Part shown: positions 9,508 to 18,250 of the stretch, piece by piece
Layout: every line of letters begins with the position of its first letter
Position numbering within the stretch: position 1 is the stretch's first letter
Source of the DNA: an uncultured Enterobacterales bacterium
GTDB lineage: Bacteria; Myxococcota_A; UBA796; CAJQPC01
Direction: 5' to 3'
Assembly: GCA_964567625.1 (NCBI GenBank)
Contig: CAZMNK010000013.1
Coordinates: 2,934 to 61,907 of the forward strand
Length of the DNA stretch: 58,974 bases
The notes under the pieces: model-generated
Database searches by the model: none
Seen by the model: the letters and a program-made list of their open reading frames with translations, nothing else
Told to the model about the DNA's origin: nothing
Translations under genes and position numbers: made by a program

Positions 9508-10038
9508 ATGTCGCAACGAAGAACCCCCCCCTCGGTGGGCCAGGCAGCACCTTCCTTCAGCCTGCTGGATCAGCACGGTCAGCGGCACCGGCTCGTCGAC
9601 TATGACGGCCGGGCCCTGGTGCTCTGGTTCTACCCCAAGGACTTCACCAAGGGTTGAACGATCGAAGCTCGCGGGTTCCGCGAGATCTGGGATCAGTGCC
9701 GGAGCCACGGGGTTGCAGTGCTGGGAATCAGCCTGGACTCTGCACAGCGCCACAAGGCCTTTGCCGAGTCTCTGGACGTTTCCTACCCACTGCTGGCGGA
9801 CACCCGGGGCGAGATGGCGCGGGCCTACCGGGTCAAGCGAGGCCTTGGCCCGTTGAGCGTGGCGGCACGGAAGACCTTTCTGGTAGGGCCGGATCACTGC
9901 GTGCTCAAGCGGTGGGACGAGGTGGACGTCTATGCCCACCACACCCAGGTGCTGGTCGCCCTGTCCGAGGCGGGCCTGCTCGGCGAGGAGAACATCCCGG
10001 TTCGCGGGCTGCGGAAGAACAAGCCGAAGTCGGACTGA
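9508..10038 (+). CDS. bcp: BCP/PrxQ-type peroxiredoxin containing selenocysteine (U50)
   Basis: Continuous frame from ATG 9508: ...VGQAAPSFSLLDQHG...LVLWFYPKDFTKG-TGA(9655-9657)-TIEARGFRE...VLGISLDS...YPLLAD...RKTFLVG. The TGA occupies the Cys of PxxxTxxC. Confidence 0.9.
9668..9684 (+). promoter_or_regulatory. Putative bacterial SECIS element
   Basis: Perfect 7-bp hairpin CTCGCGG-GTT-CCGCGAG starting 10 nt after the in-frame TGA. The apical loop begins with G, 17 nt from the TGA. Confidence 0.8.
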
Positions 10039-10131
10039 AGCGGCTGTGAACGGCCCCCAAACCCCCTGAAGCGCGAGGCTTCGGGCGGGAGAGCCCGTGG
10101 TCCATGGCGTTGACGGCACGTCCTCACGAGG

Positions 10132-10160
10132 AAAAAAGGGTGGAATTTCCACCTTTTTTT
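10132..10160. terminator. Near-perfect palindrome; possible bidirectional intrinsic terminator or operator
   Basis: AAAAAAGGGTGGAA-T-TTCCACCTTTTTTT: 14-bp arms with one G:T, A-tract on the left and T-tract on the right. Confidence 0.5.
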
Positions 10161-10167
10161 GATCCTG

Positions 10168-10242
10168 ATGGGAGAAAACACCACCATAGAGCGCCATGAC
10201 GTGGTATTAAATCTCCCATGATGGTAGAAAACACACCATCAT
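10168..10242. promoter_or_regulatory. AT-rich operator-like repeat array upstream of the regulator gene
   Basis: Direct repeats ATGGGAGAAAACACCACCAT (10168-10187) and ATGGTAGAAAACACACCAT (10221-10239); inverted repeats ATGGGAGA/TCTCCCAT and ATGATGGT/ACCATCAT, the latter overlapping the ATG at 10241. Confidence 0.55.
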
Positions 10243-11443
10243 GAGTACCCTCGCCGACGCCGTCTCCGTCTTCCGCGGAAACCCCTTCACAGACGACGCC
10301 GTCGCATCCCGTGCCCGCCTGGGCCGACTCCTCCTGAAACCACCTGCCTCATGGGCGTTCCGCGGCGCCCGGCAGGGGGAGGTTCCCTACGGTCTCGAGG
10401 ACCTGGTCCTGGCCATCGCCCACGCCCGGGCTTGCGCTCTGGTGGATCCCAGGGGAGTGTTGGACGAGGCCGTGGTTCCAGACACCGTGATGGCGGAATT
10501 GCCCCGGTCGCGCCTGGACTACACGCGAATCGCGCTGGCCGCCAGTCGCTGCTTTCGCGCCCTCCAGGGCTTTCCGGGTCGGTCCCCCGCCATGGCTCGG
10601 GTGCGGCGACAGGCCTGGACCCGGGCCCTGGGCAGTTCTCTTGTGGAGGCCCTGGACACGGAATCCCTGCGACGGGCTCAGCCCCTGGTGCTCTGCGGGG
10701 AACCGGGGACCGGTCGCCGGGCCCTGGCCCTGGCCATGCTCTCGGGGTTGCCGGCGCCCTCGGGCCGCACTCCCTGGACCGGTCCGACGTTGGCCCCCTG
10801 GACCCCCGCCGGGGTTCCCTCGCCGGCCGGAGGGTTGGTGGTGGAGGGACTGGCCAGTCGGGGGCCAGAGGAGATTCGGATGCTCCGTACAGCGCTGGGC
10901 CAGCCTGGCACGGCACGGTTGGCCTTTGTCTGTGGTCCATGGGAACTGGTGGCACCGGTTCTGCCGCCCGACCTGGTGGCGCGTCTGGCGCCCCTGCGGC
11001 TGGCCATTGCGCCACTGCGGGACCGGCCCGAGGACCTGGAAGCCCAGGTTCTCGCTCGACTGGTGACCTGGGGGCCACAGTTGCGGTCGAGTGGCGCACC
11101 CGGTCTGGACTTCGACCGGGTGCTCCGGTGGTTCTCGGGGCCAGAGGCCCTTCAACACGGCTGGCCGGGCAACCAGGATGAGCTGGAGACCGCGGTCCGT
11201 GCCCTGGTATTGGGGACCTCCCCCAGCTTGCCGACGGCGGAGAGGGCCGAGACCGAGGCGCCCTCAAAGGACCTTCCAGCCGGACTCGCTGGGGGGACCT
11301 GGAGCGATCGGCAGGTTCGGGACTGGTACCTCAAGCGGGTCCACGAACGGACAGGTCGGGTCGGGAAGACGGCCAGCGTCCTGGGACTGGATCGGGCCAC
11401 GGTGAGACTTCGCCTCCGGGAAACCGGTTCGGAGGTTTCGTGA
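10241..11443 (+). CDS. Degenerate sigma54-activator-like (AAA+) regulator with Fis-type HTH
   Basis: GRSPAMARVR, LCGEPGTGR, PLRDRPEDL, HGWPGNQDELE, C-terminal KTASVLGLDRATV. No GAFTGA and no recognisable Walker B DE. Confidence 0.7.
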   Translation: MSTLADAVSVFRGNPFTDDAVASRARLGRLLLKPPASWAFRGARQGEVPYGLEDLVLAIAHARACALVDPRGVLDEAVVPDTVMAELPRSRLDYTRIALAASRCFRALQGFPGRSPAMARVRRQAWTRALGSSLVEALDTESLRRAQPLVLCGEPGTGRRALALAMLSGLPAPSGRTPWTGPTLAPWTPAGVPSPAGGLVVEGLASRGPEEIRMLRTALGQPGTARLAFVCGPWELVAPVLPPDLVARLAPLRLAIAPLRDRPEDLEAQVLARLVTWGPQLRSSGAPGLDFDRVLRWFSGPEALQHGWPGNQDELETAVRALVLGTSPSLPTAERAETEAPSKDLPAGLAGGTWSDRQVRDWYLKRVHERTGRVGKTASVLGLDRATVRLRLRETGSEVS

Positions 11444-11832
11444 CGACCTTTGGGGACCTGGTCCTGCGAGTGGCCAGCGCACGGGCCCAACGGGGGGAAC
11501 TGGACGCGTCCTGGCTGGACGCTTCGGGACTTCTGTTGGGCCTGTCTGGCCTTCGCCGCCTGGTGCAGGCCCTGCACGCCGGCCAGGCGCTTCCCGGTGA
11601 ACTGGCGGCACTCGCCGAGGCGGACCGGGCCAGCGAAGGCCCCCGGCGCCTGGCAGCCCTGGTCGGTGGGCTCAGCGATCGGGAGCTGAGTCGTTCCAAC
11701 GCAGTGCAGTTGGAACGGGCTCGCCTGCACCTGGAACTACTCGCCGGCCTTTCACCGGGGCGCTCCCAGGACGTCGCGGAGGAGGTTGACCAGGTGGTCG
11801 AGGACCTGGTGCTGGGGCGGGAGTTGCTCTGA
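11440..11832 (+). CDS. Hypothetical helical protein
   Basis: 130-aa ORF with GTGA overlap to the regulator stop and genome-like codon usage. Confidence 0.55.
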   Translation: MTTFGDLVLRVASARAQRGELDASWLDASGLLLGLSGLRRLVQALHAGQALPGELAALAEADRASEGPRRLAALVGGLSDRELSRSNAVQLERARLHLELLAGLSPGRSQDVAEEVDQVVEDLVLGRELL

Positions 11833-11839
11833 GGGTTCG

Positions 11840-13543
11840 CTACTTGATGCGGTGGCCGCCCATCTCGTTGTTGAAGATCCAGGCCACGACCTCGCCCAGT
11901 TCAAAGCGATCGCTCATGAAGGTCTGGATGTTGGCGGCCGCCGAGCCCGCCTGTCGCAGGTCGGTGCGGGCCTGTTGCATCAGGGCCACCCGCCGGCGCC
12001 AGCGACGAATGTTCTCGGGTCGCAGGTCCACCCAGCCCTTGCGGGCCCAGGCGTCCACGCTCTCGGCGGTGAGGTGGGCCGTGTCGACGTGGCCCATCAC
12101 TTCGGGGACATTGATCCGGGGACCCCGAAGGAGGGTCTCTCCATCGGGGAGCAGCACCGGGATCCCGATGCTTGGGGCCAGGCGAGCGATGCCAGAGGGA
12201 ACGAGGGCCTCCTCCATCGCTTCGGCCACCACGCTGGCGTCTCTGGTGTCGGCGAGCAGGGCAGCAGTGGTGCCCTTGCCGCGCTTGCCGTAGATGGCTT
12301 TCAGGAGTGACGCCTCAAAGAGCAGCTTGCTCAATTCCGGGGGCCCCAGGCGCCCCAGGGCGATCGAGGGCACTCCCTCACCGCTGGCGAGGACCTGTTC
12401 TTCACAGGCTGCCAGGTCTCGCAGGGCGACACTGCGCACCAGGCCTGCCTTGTAGCTGGGGTCCAGCACGGAGCTGTCCAGGGCGGAGATGATGTCCCGG
12501 CCGGTGTTGCGGCCTCGGAGTTCCTGGACGACGGTGTGGGCGATCTCCTCGGGGGTGATGTACTCCATCTGCCCCAGGGCGGTGATGGCAGCGAATTCTC
12601 CCCAGGTGAAGACCCCGTTTTCACCGGTGTCGAGCACGGGCACCTTGAGGTCGCCCACGGCTTCATAGGACGAGAACTGTTCGGCCAGGGGCAGTGCTTC
12701 ACCGGCCTTGAGTGCCAGGGTCTTGGGCAGGAAGATCCGTTTGTTGCCGTGCTTGTCGGTGACGTGCTTCACCTGGACGGCCCGGTAGCCGATCATCGCT
12801 GCGGGCTTGACCTCCTTGACGATGGGGCTCTCGGGGGTCCGGGCCAGCAGGAAGAGCAGGCCAGTGTGGCCAAAAGCGGCCTCGTTCTTGGCCAACAGCT
12901 TCTTGGAGGGCCGGTCTTCGGAGTGGGTGTAGGGGATGTTCAGACCCATGCCCCCGGTGCCGGTGGTGCCGACCTTCAGGTAGACCTTGGTGCCATATTC
13001 ACTGGTCGCACGGTGCAGGAAGCGGATGTGCCGGATGATCTGGGGCACCGACTGGGACAGGAGAAAGGTCTCCAGGTCCTTCGTTCCCTCGGAACTGAAG
13101 CCGTCCTCGTCGATCCAGCTGCGCACCTTGGCGGCGCCGTCGAAGACGTCCTGGTAGCTCAGACCGGTGGCGGTGTTGACCGCATCCACGATCACGTCTG
13201 GCCGGTGGCGCTGGATGAGCTGGACAAGGTGGTTGTTGCCGTAGGCATCTTCGATGGGTCCGTAGAGGGCCTCGAGCAGTTGGCTCCGCTGCGCGATGTT
13301 GTCCAGGACCTCGCCACGTGGGCTGTCGGCGAGGCTGGTGGGGACGAACAGGTTGCCCCAGGCGGGAACGAAGCTGACCCGCTTGCCGAACTCCTGCTGG
13401 TGGACCCGACAGGCGTCCTCCGCCTCCTTTTTCTGGAGGCTGGCGACGATGATGCGGTGGGGGTCCAGGGAGCGCACGATGTGCCGCACGACCTGCGTGC
13501 CCACCAGTCCGGCGCCGCCCAGGATCAGGAAGTCATGGTGCAT
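11840..13543 (-). CDS. Large Rossmann-fold NAD(P)-dependent oxidoreductase, uncharacterised
   Basis: N-terminal LILGGAGLVG, DAVNTAT, KVGTTGTGGMGLNIPYTHSE; 567 aa. Confidence 0.7.
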   Translation of the reverse strand: MHHDFLILGGAGLVGTQVVRHIVRSLDPHRIIVASLQKKEAEDACRVHQQEFGKRVSFVPAWGNLFVPTSLADSPRGEVLDNIAQRSQLLEALYGPIEDAYGNNHLVQLIQRHRPDVIVDAVNTATGLSYQDVFDGAAKVRSWIDEDGFSSEGTKDLETFLLSQSVPQIIRHIRFLHRATSEYGTKVYLKVGTTGTGGMGLNIPYTHSEDRPSKKLLAKNEAAFGHTGLLFLLARTPESPIVKEVKPAAMIGYRAVQVKHVTDKHGNKRIFLPKTLALKAGEALPLAEQFSSYEAVGDLKVPVLDTGENGVFTWGEFAAITALGQMEYITPEEIAHTVVQELRGRNTGRDIISALDSSVLDPSYKAGLVRSVALRDLAACEEQVLASGEGVPSIALGRLGPPELSKLLFEASLLKAIYGKRGKGTTAALLADTRDASVVAEAMEEALVPSGIARLAPSIGIPVLLPDGETLLRGPRINVPEVMGHVDTAHLTAESVDAWARKGWVDLRPENIRRWRRRVALMQQARTDLRQAGSAAANIQTFMSDRFELGEVVAWIFNNEMGGHRIK

Positions 13544-13614
13544 GAGGAGGCTCCGGTCGTCCTGGCTGGAGCCTCCTATCGCGGCGCTGGGGCGAGGGCT
13601 CAGGTCGGCTTCGA

Positions 13615-14988
13615 CTAGGGCTTCCTCACCGTCACGTACATCCGGCGGTTCTCCCTTTCCACCGCCACCAGTACGCTGGCGTCCGCTCGTTCGATGAGGC
13701 GCCGGGCGCTGGCAGCGTCGGTGACCCGTTTGCGCTCGATCTCGATGACGATGTCCCCCCGGCGCAGCACGCCGTGGGCCGGACTGCCTTTATCGACGCT
13801 GTTTACGCGCACGCCGGACTGGGTGTCCATCAACTCAAGACCGAGCACCAGTGCCATGGGGTTCGGCTGTGGAGAGGGAGCGGCCTGAGCCATGATTTCA
13901 CCATCCTCGGGGAATTCACCCAGGGTGATGTTCAGCATCTGTTTGCGGCCGTTTCGGACCACAGCGACCTTGACCTTCTTGCCGGGTGGGGTCAGGCCGA
14001 CCACCCTGGCCAGGTCCTGTGGGTCCTCGATGGGGGTGTCGTCGACCCGCAGGATGACGTCGCCGGGCTGGAGTCCACCCTTCATGGCGGGAGAGGCTGG
14101 CGTGACCTCGGCCACCAGGGCACCCGACGGTCGATCCAGGTTCAGTTCCTCGGCCAGGTCGGCATCCAAAGACTGCATGCGAATGCCCAGCCAGCCGCGG
14201 GCCACCCGTCCCTTCTCCTTGAGCTGGGGAAGCATGTCCTGGACCATGTTGCTGGGAATGGCAAAGGCCAGCCCGTCCGCGGAGGCGATGATCGCGGTGT
14301 TGATGCCCACCACCTGGCCATGCAGGTTGAACAGGGGTCCGCCGGAGTTGCCGGGATTGATGGCGGCATCGGTCTGGATGAAGTTGTCGAAGGGGCCGGC
14401 GCCGATCGAGCGGCCCTTGGCCGAGACGATGCCCTGGGTCACGGTGTGGCCCAGACCATGAGGATTGCCCATTGCCACGACCCAGTCGCCAACCCGGAGT
14501 GCCTCGGAGTTCCCGAGGGCCAGGCTGGGCAGGCCCTTCTCTTCGACCTTCAACAGGGCCACGTCGGTGTTCTCGTCGGTTCCGATGATCCTGGCCACCA
14601 GGTCGCGTCCGTCGATCAGTTTCACCCGGAGCTCGGTGGCGTTCTTGATGACGTGGTAGTTCGTCAGAATGTAGCCGTCGGAACTGATGATGAAGCCGCT
14701 CCCGACGCCCTGGCGAGGGGGCTCCTGGTAGACGATGCCGTCCCCGTCTCGATCGAAGAGGTGTCGAAGCAGGGGGTTCAGGTCGTTGGCGGAAACGGGC
14801 AGCGCCTGGGCGATGACCTCCACGCGCACCACGCTGGGGGAGAGTTGTTCCACCAGGGGCGCCAGGCTGGGGACCCCCACTGGGCTGGCTGGAGGCGCCC
14901 CGGCGGAGACGGGTTCGACGAGGGAAGAACAACCCGCACTGGCAAAGAGCACCAAGGCGATGAGGGCGGACAGGCGGCTGTTGGTCAT
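13615..14988 (-). CDS. DegP/HtrA (Do family) serine protease with PDZ domains
   Basis: Lipobox-like ASAGC, GSGFII, TNYHV, TDVALL, IQTDAAINPGNSGGPL, RGWLGI PDZ domain. Start taken at ATG 14988. Confidence 0.93.
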   Translation of the reverse strand: MTNSRLSALIALVLFASAGCSSLVEPVSAGAPPASPVGVPSLAPLVEQLSPSVVRVEVIAQALPVSANDLNPLLRHLFDRDGDGIVYQEPPRQGVGSGFIISSDGYILTNYHVIKNATELRVKLIDGRDLVARIIGTDENTDVALLKVEEKGLPSLALGNSEALRVGDWVVAMGNPHGLGHTVTQGIVSAKGRSIGAGPFDNFIQTDAAINPGNSGGPLFNLHGQVVGINTAIIASADGLAFAIPSNMVQDMLPQLKEKGRVARGWLGIRMQSLDADLAEELNLDRPSGALVAEVTPASPAMKGGLQPGDVILRVDDTPIEDPQDLARVVGLTPPGKKVKVAVVRNGRKQMLNITLGEFPEDGEIMAQAAPSPQPNPMALVLGLELMDTQSGVRVNSVDKGSPAHGVLRRGDIVIEIERKRVTDAASARRLIERADASVLVAVERENRRMYVTVRKP

Positions 14989-15123
14989 CTCGTGAAGCTC
15001 CTGCGGGAATGCTGTGCACAACACCCCAGATGTCGTCGGCTTTCCATACCTCTTGGACACCGGACAGCCCTCCGACCACACCTTGTGGCCGAGATTTCAA
15101 TGAGATCGGGTTAGGGGACGGCC

Positions 15124-15963
15124 ATGAGTCGCATGATCCAGCTGGCCGGAATTGCCGTGGACGCCCTTTCCGTGGGAGGCCTCGAGACCTGCATCCAGAT
15201 CCCGGGATGGGATCTCGCCTTTGACATCGGGCGTTGCCCCGCCAGCGTGGTCAGTCGGAGCCACGTGCTGTTCACCCACGCTCATATGGATCACATGGGC
15301 GGTGTGGCCTTTCACGCGGCGACCCGTTCGATGCGAAACATGGCGCCCCCGACCTACCTGGTCCCTCGGGAGAACGTCGAGGCCTTTGGGCAGCTCTTCG
15401 AGGCCTGGCGCAAGCTCGATCGGTCGCGGATGCCGCACACCGTGGTGCCCATCGGTCCTGGCGAGACCTTCAGCCTGCCCTGTGGCCACGAGGTTCGCCC
15501 CTTTCGATCCCTGCACCGCGTGCCTTGCCAGGGCTACGGCGTCTGGTCCATTCGCAAGCGTTTGCGAGAGGAGTTTCGAGGCCTGCCGGGCCCTGAGATC
15601 GCCCGTCTGCGCAAGGAGGAGAACGTCGAGGTCTCGGAGTCCTTTGAGGCGCCGGAGTTCGTGTTCACGGGCGATTCCAAGATCGAGGTGCTGGACCGGG
15701 AGTCGGTGGTGGGGCAGGCACGGGTGCTGGTCATGGAGGTCACTTTTGTGGACGACCGGGTCACAGTGGCCCAGTGCCGCTCCAAGGGACACATCCACCT
15801 GGACGAGATCGTCGAGCGAGCGGATCAATTCCAGAACCAGGCGATCCTCTTCACCCACTTCTCCGCCCGCTACAGCCGCCGGGACATCCTGAAGAACCTG
15901 GACAAGAAGCTGCCCCCGGATCTGCGGGAGCGGGTCACGCCCCTGCTTCGGAGTCATCGCTGA
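15124..15963 (+). CDS. MBL-fold metallo-hydrolase, RNase Z (short type)-like
   Basis: FDIGRCP, THAHMDHMGG, HRVPCQGY, FTGDS, MEVTF, GHIHL, HFSARY. Confidence 0.8.
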   Translation: MSRMIQLAGIAVDALSVGGLETCIQIPGWDLAFDIGRCPASVVSRSHVLFTHAHMDHMGGVAFHAATRSMRNMAPPTYLVPRENVEAFGQLFEAWRKLDRSRMPHTVVPIGPGETFSLPCGHEVRPFRSLHRVPCQGYGVWSIRKRLREEFRGLPGPEIARLRKEENVEVSESFEAPEFVFTGDSKIEVLDRESVVGQARVLVMEVTFVDDRVTVAQCRSKGHIHLDEIVERADQFQNQAILFTHFSARYSRRDILKNLDKKLPPDLRERVTPLLRSHR

Positions 15964-17251
15964 GGGTGGATGGGACCGAGGCCCCCAGGGTCAGCACCCG
16001 GGCGACCATGAACACGGCCAGCGCCGCCCAGAGCAGGGTCGGATCGCCCCGGGACCATGCCCAGGTGGCCAGGGGCACGAACCCCACCAGAGCAGAAGCG
16101 GTCATCGCCCTTCGCAGAGTCCTTCCGGCACTCAGTCCGATGAAGTACCCGTCCAGCGCGTAGGCGGCGGACCCGACCCCCAGAACCGGGAGCAGCCAGA
16201 AGGCGTGACGGGTGGCCTCGGCCAGCACTGGGGTTTGATTCGTGAGCACCCCCAGCACGATGTCAGGGGCGAGCAACAAGGTGCCTGCCAGCACCAGGCC
16301 CGTCGCGATGCTCGCCCCCAGGGACAACCCCAAGAGGCCTCGCAAGGCCTTCCTGTCACCCGTTCCCTGGGACTGGCCCGCGAGGGTCTCGGTGGCAAAG
16401 GCGTAGCCGTCGACCAGCCAGGCCCCTGCACCCAGGAGCTTCAGGAGAACCGCGTTTCCAGCCAGCACCAGGGTTCCCATGCCCGCCGAGAGGTTGGTGA
16501 ATGCCGCAAAGACCGTGACCAGGAAGAAGGTGCGGATCACGATGTCCCGGGACAGCCCGAGGTATTCGCGCAGGGCCTCGGGGTCGCGGGCCTTCTTCAG
16601 GGCCGCCCCCAGGGGTCCCAGTTGGGGTCCGGCCAGGATCAACCCGGTACCCAGGGCCAGGGTCTGGCTGGCCGCAGTGGCCCATCCCGCTCCGGCAGCC
16701 CCCCAGTCCAGGTGCCAGACGAACCAGATGTCCAGCGCGATGTTGCTCAGGCTGCCCACCGCGGTCATGGCCAGGGCCCGCCCCGCCTGTTCCCGCCCCA
16801 GGAACCAGCCCAGCAGCACGAAGCCTCCGGTGGCACAGGGCACGCCCCAGAAGCGCGCGGACACATAGGCTTTTCCCGCCTCTTCGACCTCGGGTCCGCC
16901 TTCCAGGATCGCAAATCCGAGCTCCGTCAATACTGGCGACGCCAGGAGCAATCCACCCCCCAGGATCGCCGCCAACAGCATCCCTCGCAGGAGAACTGCG
17001 GTGACCTCTGCCTTGTCTCCGCCGCCTGCCGCCCTGGCCGTGGGACCCACGGTGCCCATCCGCAGAAAGCCGGCGGTCCACAACAGGTAGTCGAAGATCA
17101 CCGCGCCGAGGGCCACTCCAGCCAGGTGTCGCACCTCGTCCAGGTGCCCCAGGATCGCCACGTCCACCAACCCGGCCATCGGCACCAGCAGGTTGCTGGC
17201 CACGTTGAGCGCGGCGAGCCGGGCAAAGCGCCCGGTGAGAGAAGTAGCCAT
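15935..17251 (-). CDS. MATE family efflux transporter (DinF-like)
   Basis: PMAGLVDVAILGHL, FLRMGTVG, NIALD..GAAGAGWAT, DGYAFATE; many TM segments. Start ATG 17251. Confidence 0.9.
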   Translation of the reverse strand: MATSLTGRFARLAALNVASNLLVPMAGLVDVAILGHLDEVRHLAGVALGAVIFDYLLWTAGFLRMGTVGPTARAAGGGDKAEVTAVLLRGMLLAAILGGGLLLASPVLTELGFAILEGGPEVEEAGKAYVSARFWGVPCATGGFVLLGWFLGREQAGRALAMTAVGSLSNIALDIWFVWHLDWGAAGAGWATAASQTLALGTGLILAGPQLGPLGAALKKARDPEALREYLGLSRDIVIRTFFLVTVFAAFTNLSAGMGTLVLAGNAVLLKLLGAGAWLVDGYAFATETLAGQSQGTGDRKALRGLLGLSLGASIATGLVLAGTLLLAPDIVLGVLTNQTPVLAEATRHAFWLLPVLGVGSAAYALDGYFIGLSAGRTLRRAMTASALVGFVPLATWAWSRGDPTLLWAALAVFMVARVLTLGASVPSTLSDDSEAGA

Positions 17252-17336
17252 CTCGGCACCGATAGCCCCTTCTGGCGCCTTGTGGCTTGTCCTTGGCGCT
17301 CTCGCCGCGCAGAATGACTGCCAATTGGAGGCAGGA

Positions 17337-18200
17337 ATGTTGTTGTTCACCCTGTTGGGATGCGACGTGATCCAGCTCCTTCTGGACGTCCAGGAGACCG
17401 TGGATGATCTGACCAACCCGGTCATTCTCCAGGCGACCTTTCTGGGGATGGGCGATCCACCGGAGGGGCTGGAATTTCCAGATGGGGCCAACATCGGTGC
17501 GATCGCCCAGGCCTTTCTGGCGGACACCGAGAGCACCACTGACCTGGCGGAGAGCCCGGTGTCGGGTGCAAACGCCACGATCCAGGTGGGGAATTTTGCC
17601 CCCATCACGCTCCAGGAGGGGTCCGGGACCGAGGATCCGCCGGGGTACTCCGCCAGCGCCGAAGATGGCCTCTACTACCTGGTGGGGTCGGACTCACTCC
17701 TGCGGATCGAGGCCGGAAGCATCGAGGCCTCTGCCCGCTGGGTCCTGCCGGATGGGCTGGACTTCGATGTGCCCTGTCGGCTGTCCTCCCAGCAGGACCT
17801 GGTCATCGCGATGAACAGCATCGAGTACCACTCACCCCTGGTCGCCGTGTTCAACCAGGAGGGCGTCATCACCTGGACCAACATCCCCCAGGACATCGAC
17901 GCGGCGGTGGAGTGGGTCAACAGCGGTGGCTTTTCCAGCGTGACCATTATCGGTACGGAGGCCTTTGCGGTGGACGGGGCCTACCTGCTCGGCATCGCCC
18001 CGGTGCAGAGGGCCTCGACGGATGCCTTTGAGGGGGTGAACACCTCCCTGTCCTCGTACATGGTGGGACAGATGCGCTTCTGGGCCACCTTCACGGGGGA
18101 CATCGAGATTCCCTGGCCGGACACGGCCTTTCCCATTCCGGACACGGCACTGCCGACCCTGTCAGACACGGCCTGCCCCGACCTGGACGGGCTGGGCTGA
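17337..18200 (+). CDS. Hypothetical acidic lipoprotein
   Basis: MLLFTLLGC lipobox with GGAGG upstream; C-terminal PDTA repeats. Confidence 0.7.
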   Translation: MLLFTLLGCDVIQLLLDVQETVDDLTNPVILQATFLGMGDPPEGLEFPDGANIGAIAQAFLADTESTTDLAESPVSGANATIQVGNFAPITLQEGSGTEDPPGYSASAEDGLYYLVGSDSLLRIEAGSIEASARWVLPDGLDFDVPCRLSSQQDLVIAMNSIEYHSPLVAVFNQEGVITWTNIPQDIDAAVEWVNSGGFSSVTIIGTEAFAVDGAYLLGIAPVQRASTDAFEGVNTSLSSYMVGQMRFWATFTGDIEIPWPDTAFPIPDTALPTLSDTACPDLDGLG

Positions 18201-18250
18201 GGGCTTGTCGAGAGGGGTCGAAATTTTCCCTGGGCCTCTGAACGAGAGGC

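Noticed and set aside
9655-9657. TGA as a nonsense mutation (pseudogene) or genome-wide TGA recoding
   Set aside because: It falls exactly on the catalytic Cys and has a SECIS-like hairpin; many other genes in the window end normally in TGA, so the code is not globally reassigned.
8521-10197. 558-aa LipA with a long N-terminal extension (ORF track)
   Set aside because: The extension is the antisense shadow of the peroxiredoxin gene; LipA homology starts at about 9429, where a TTG with GGAGG exists.
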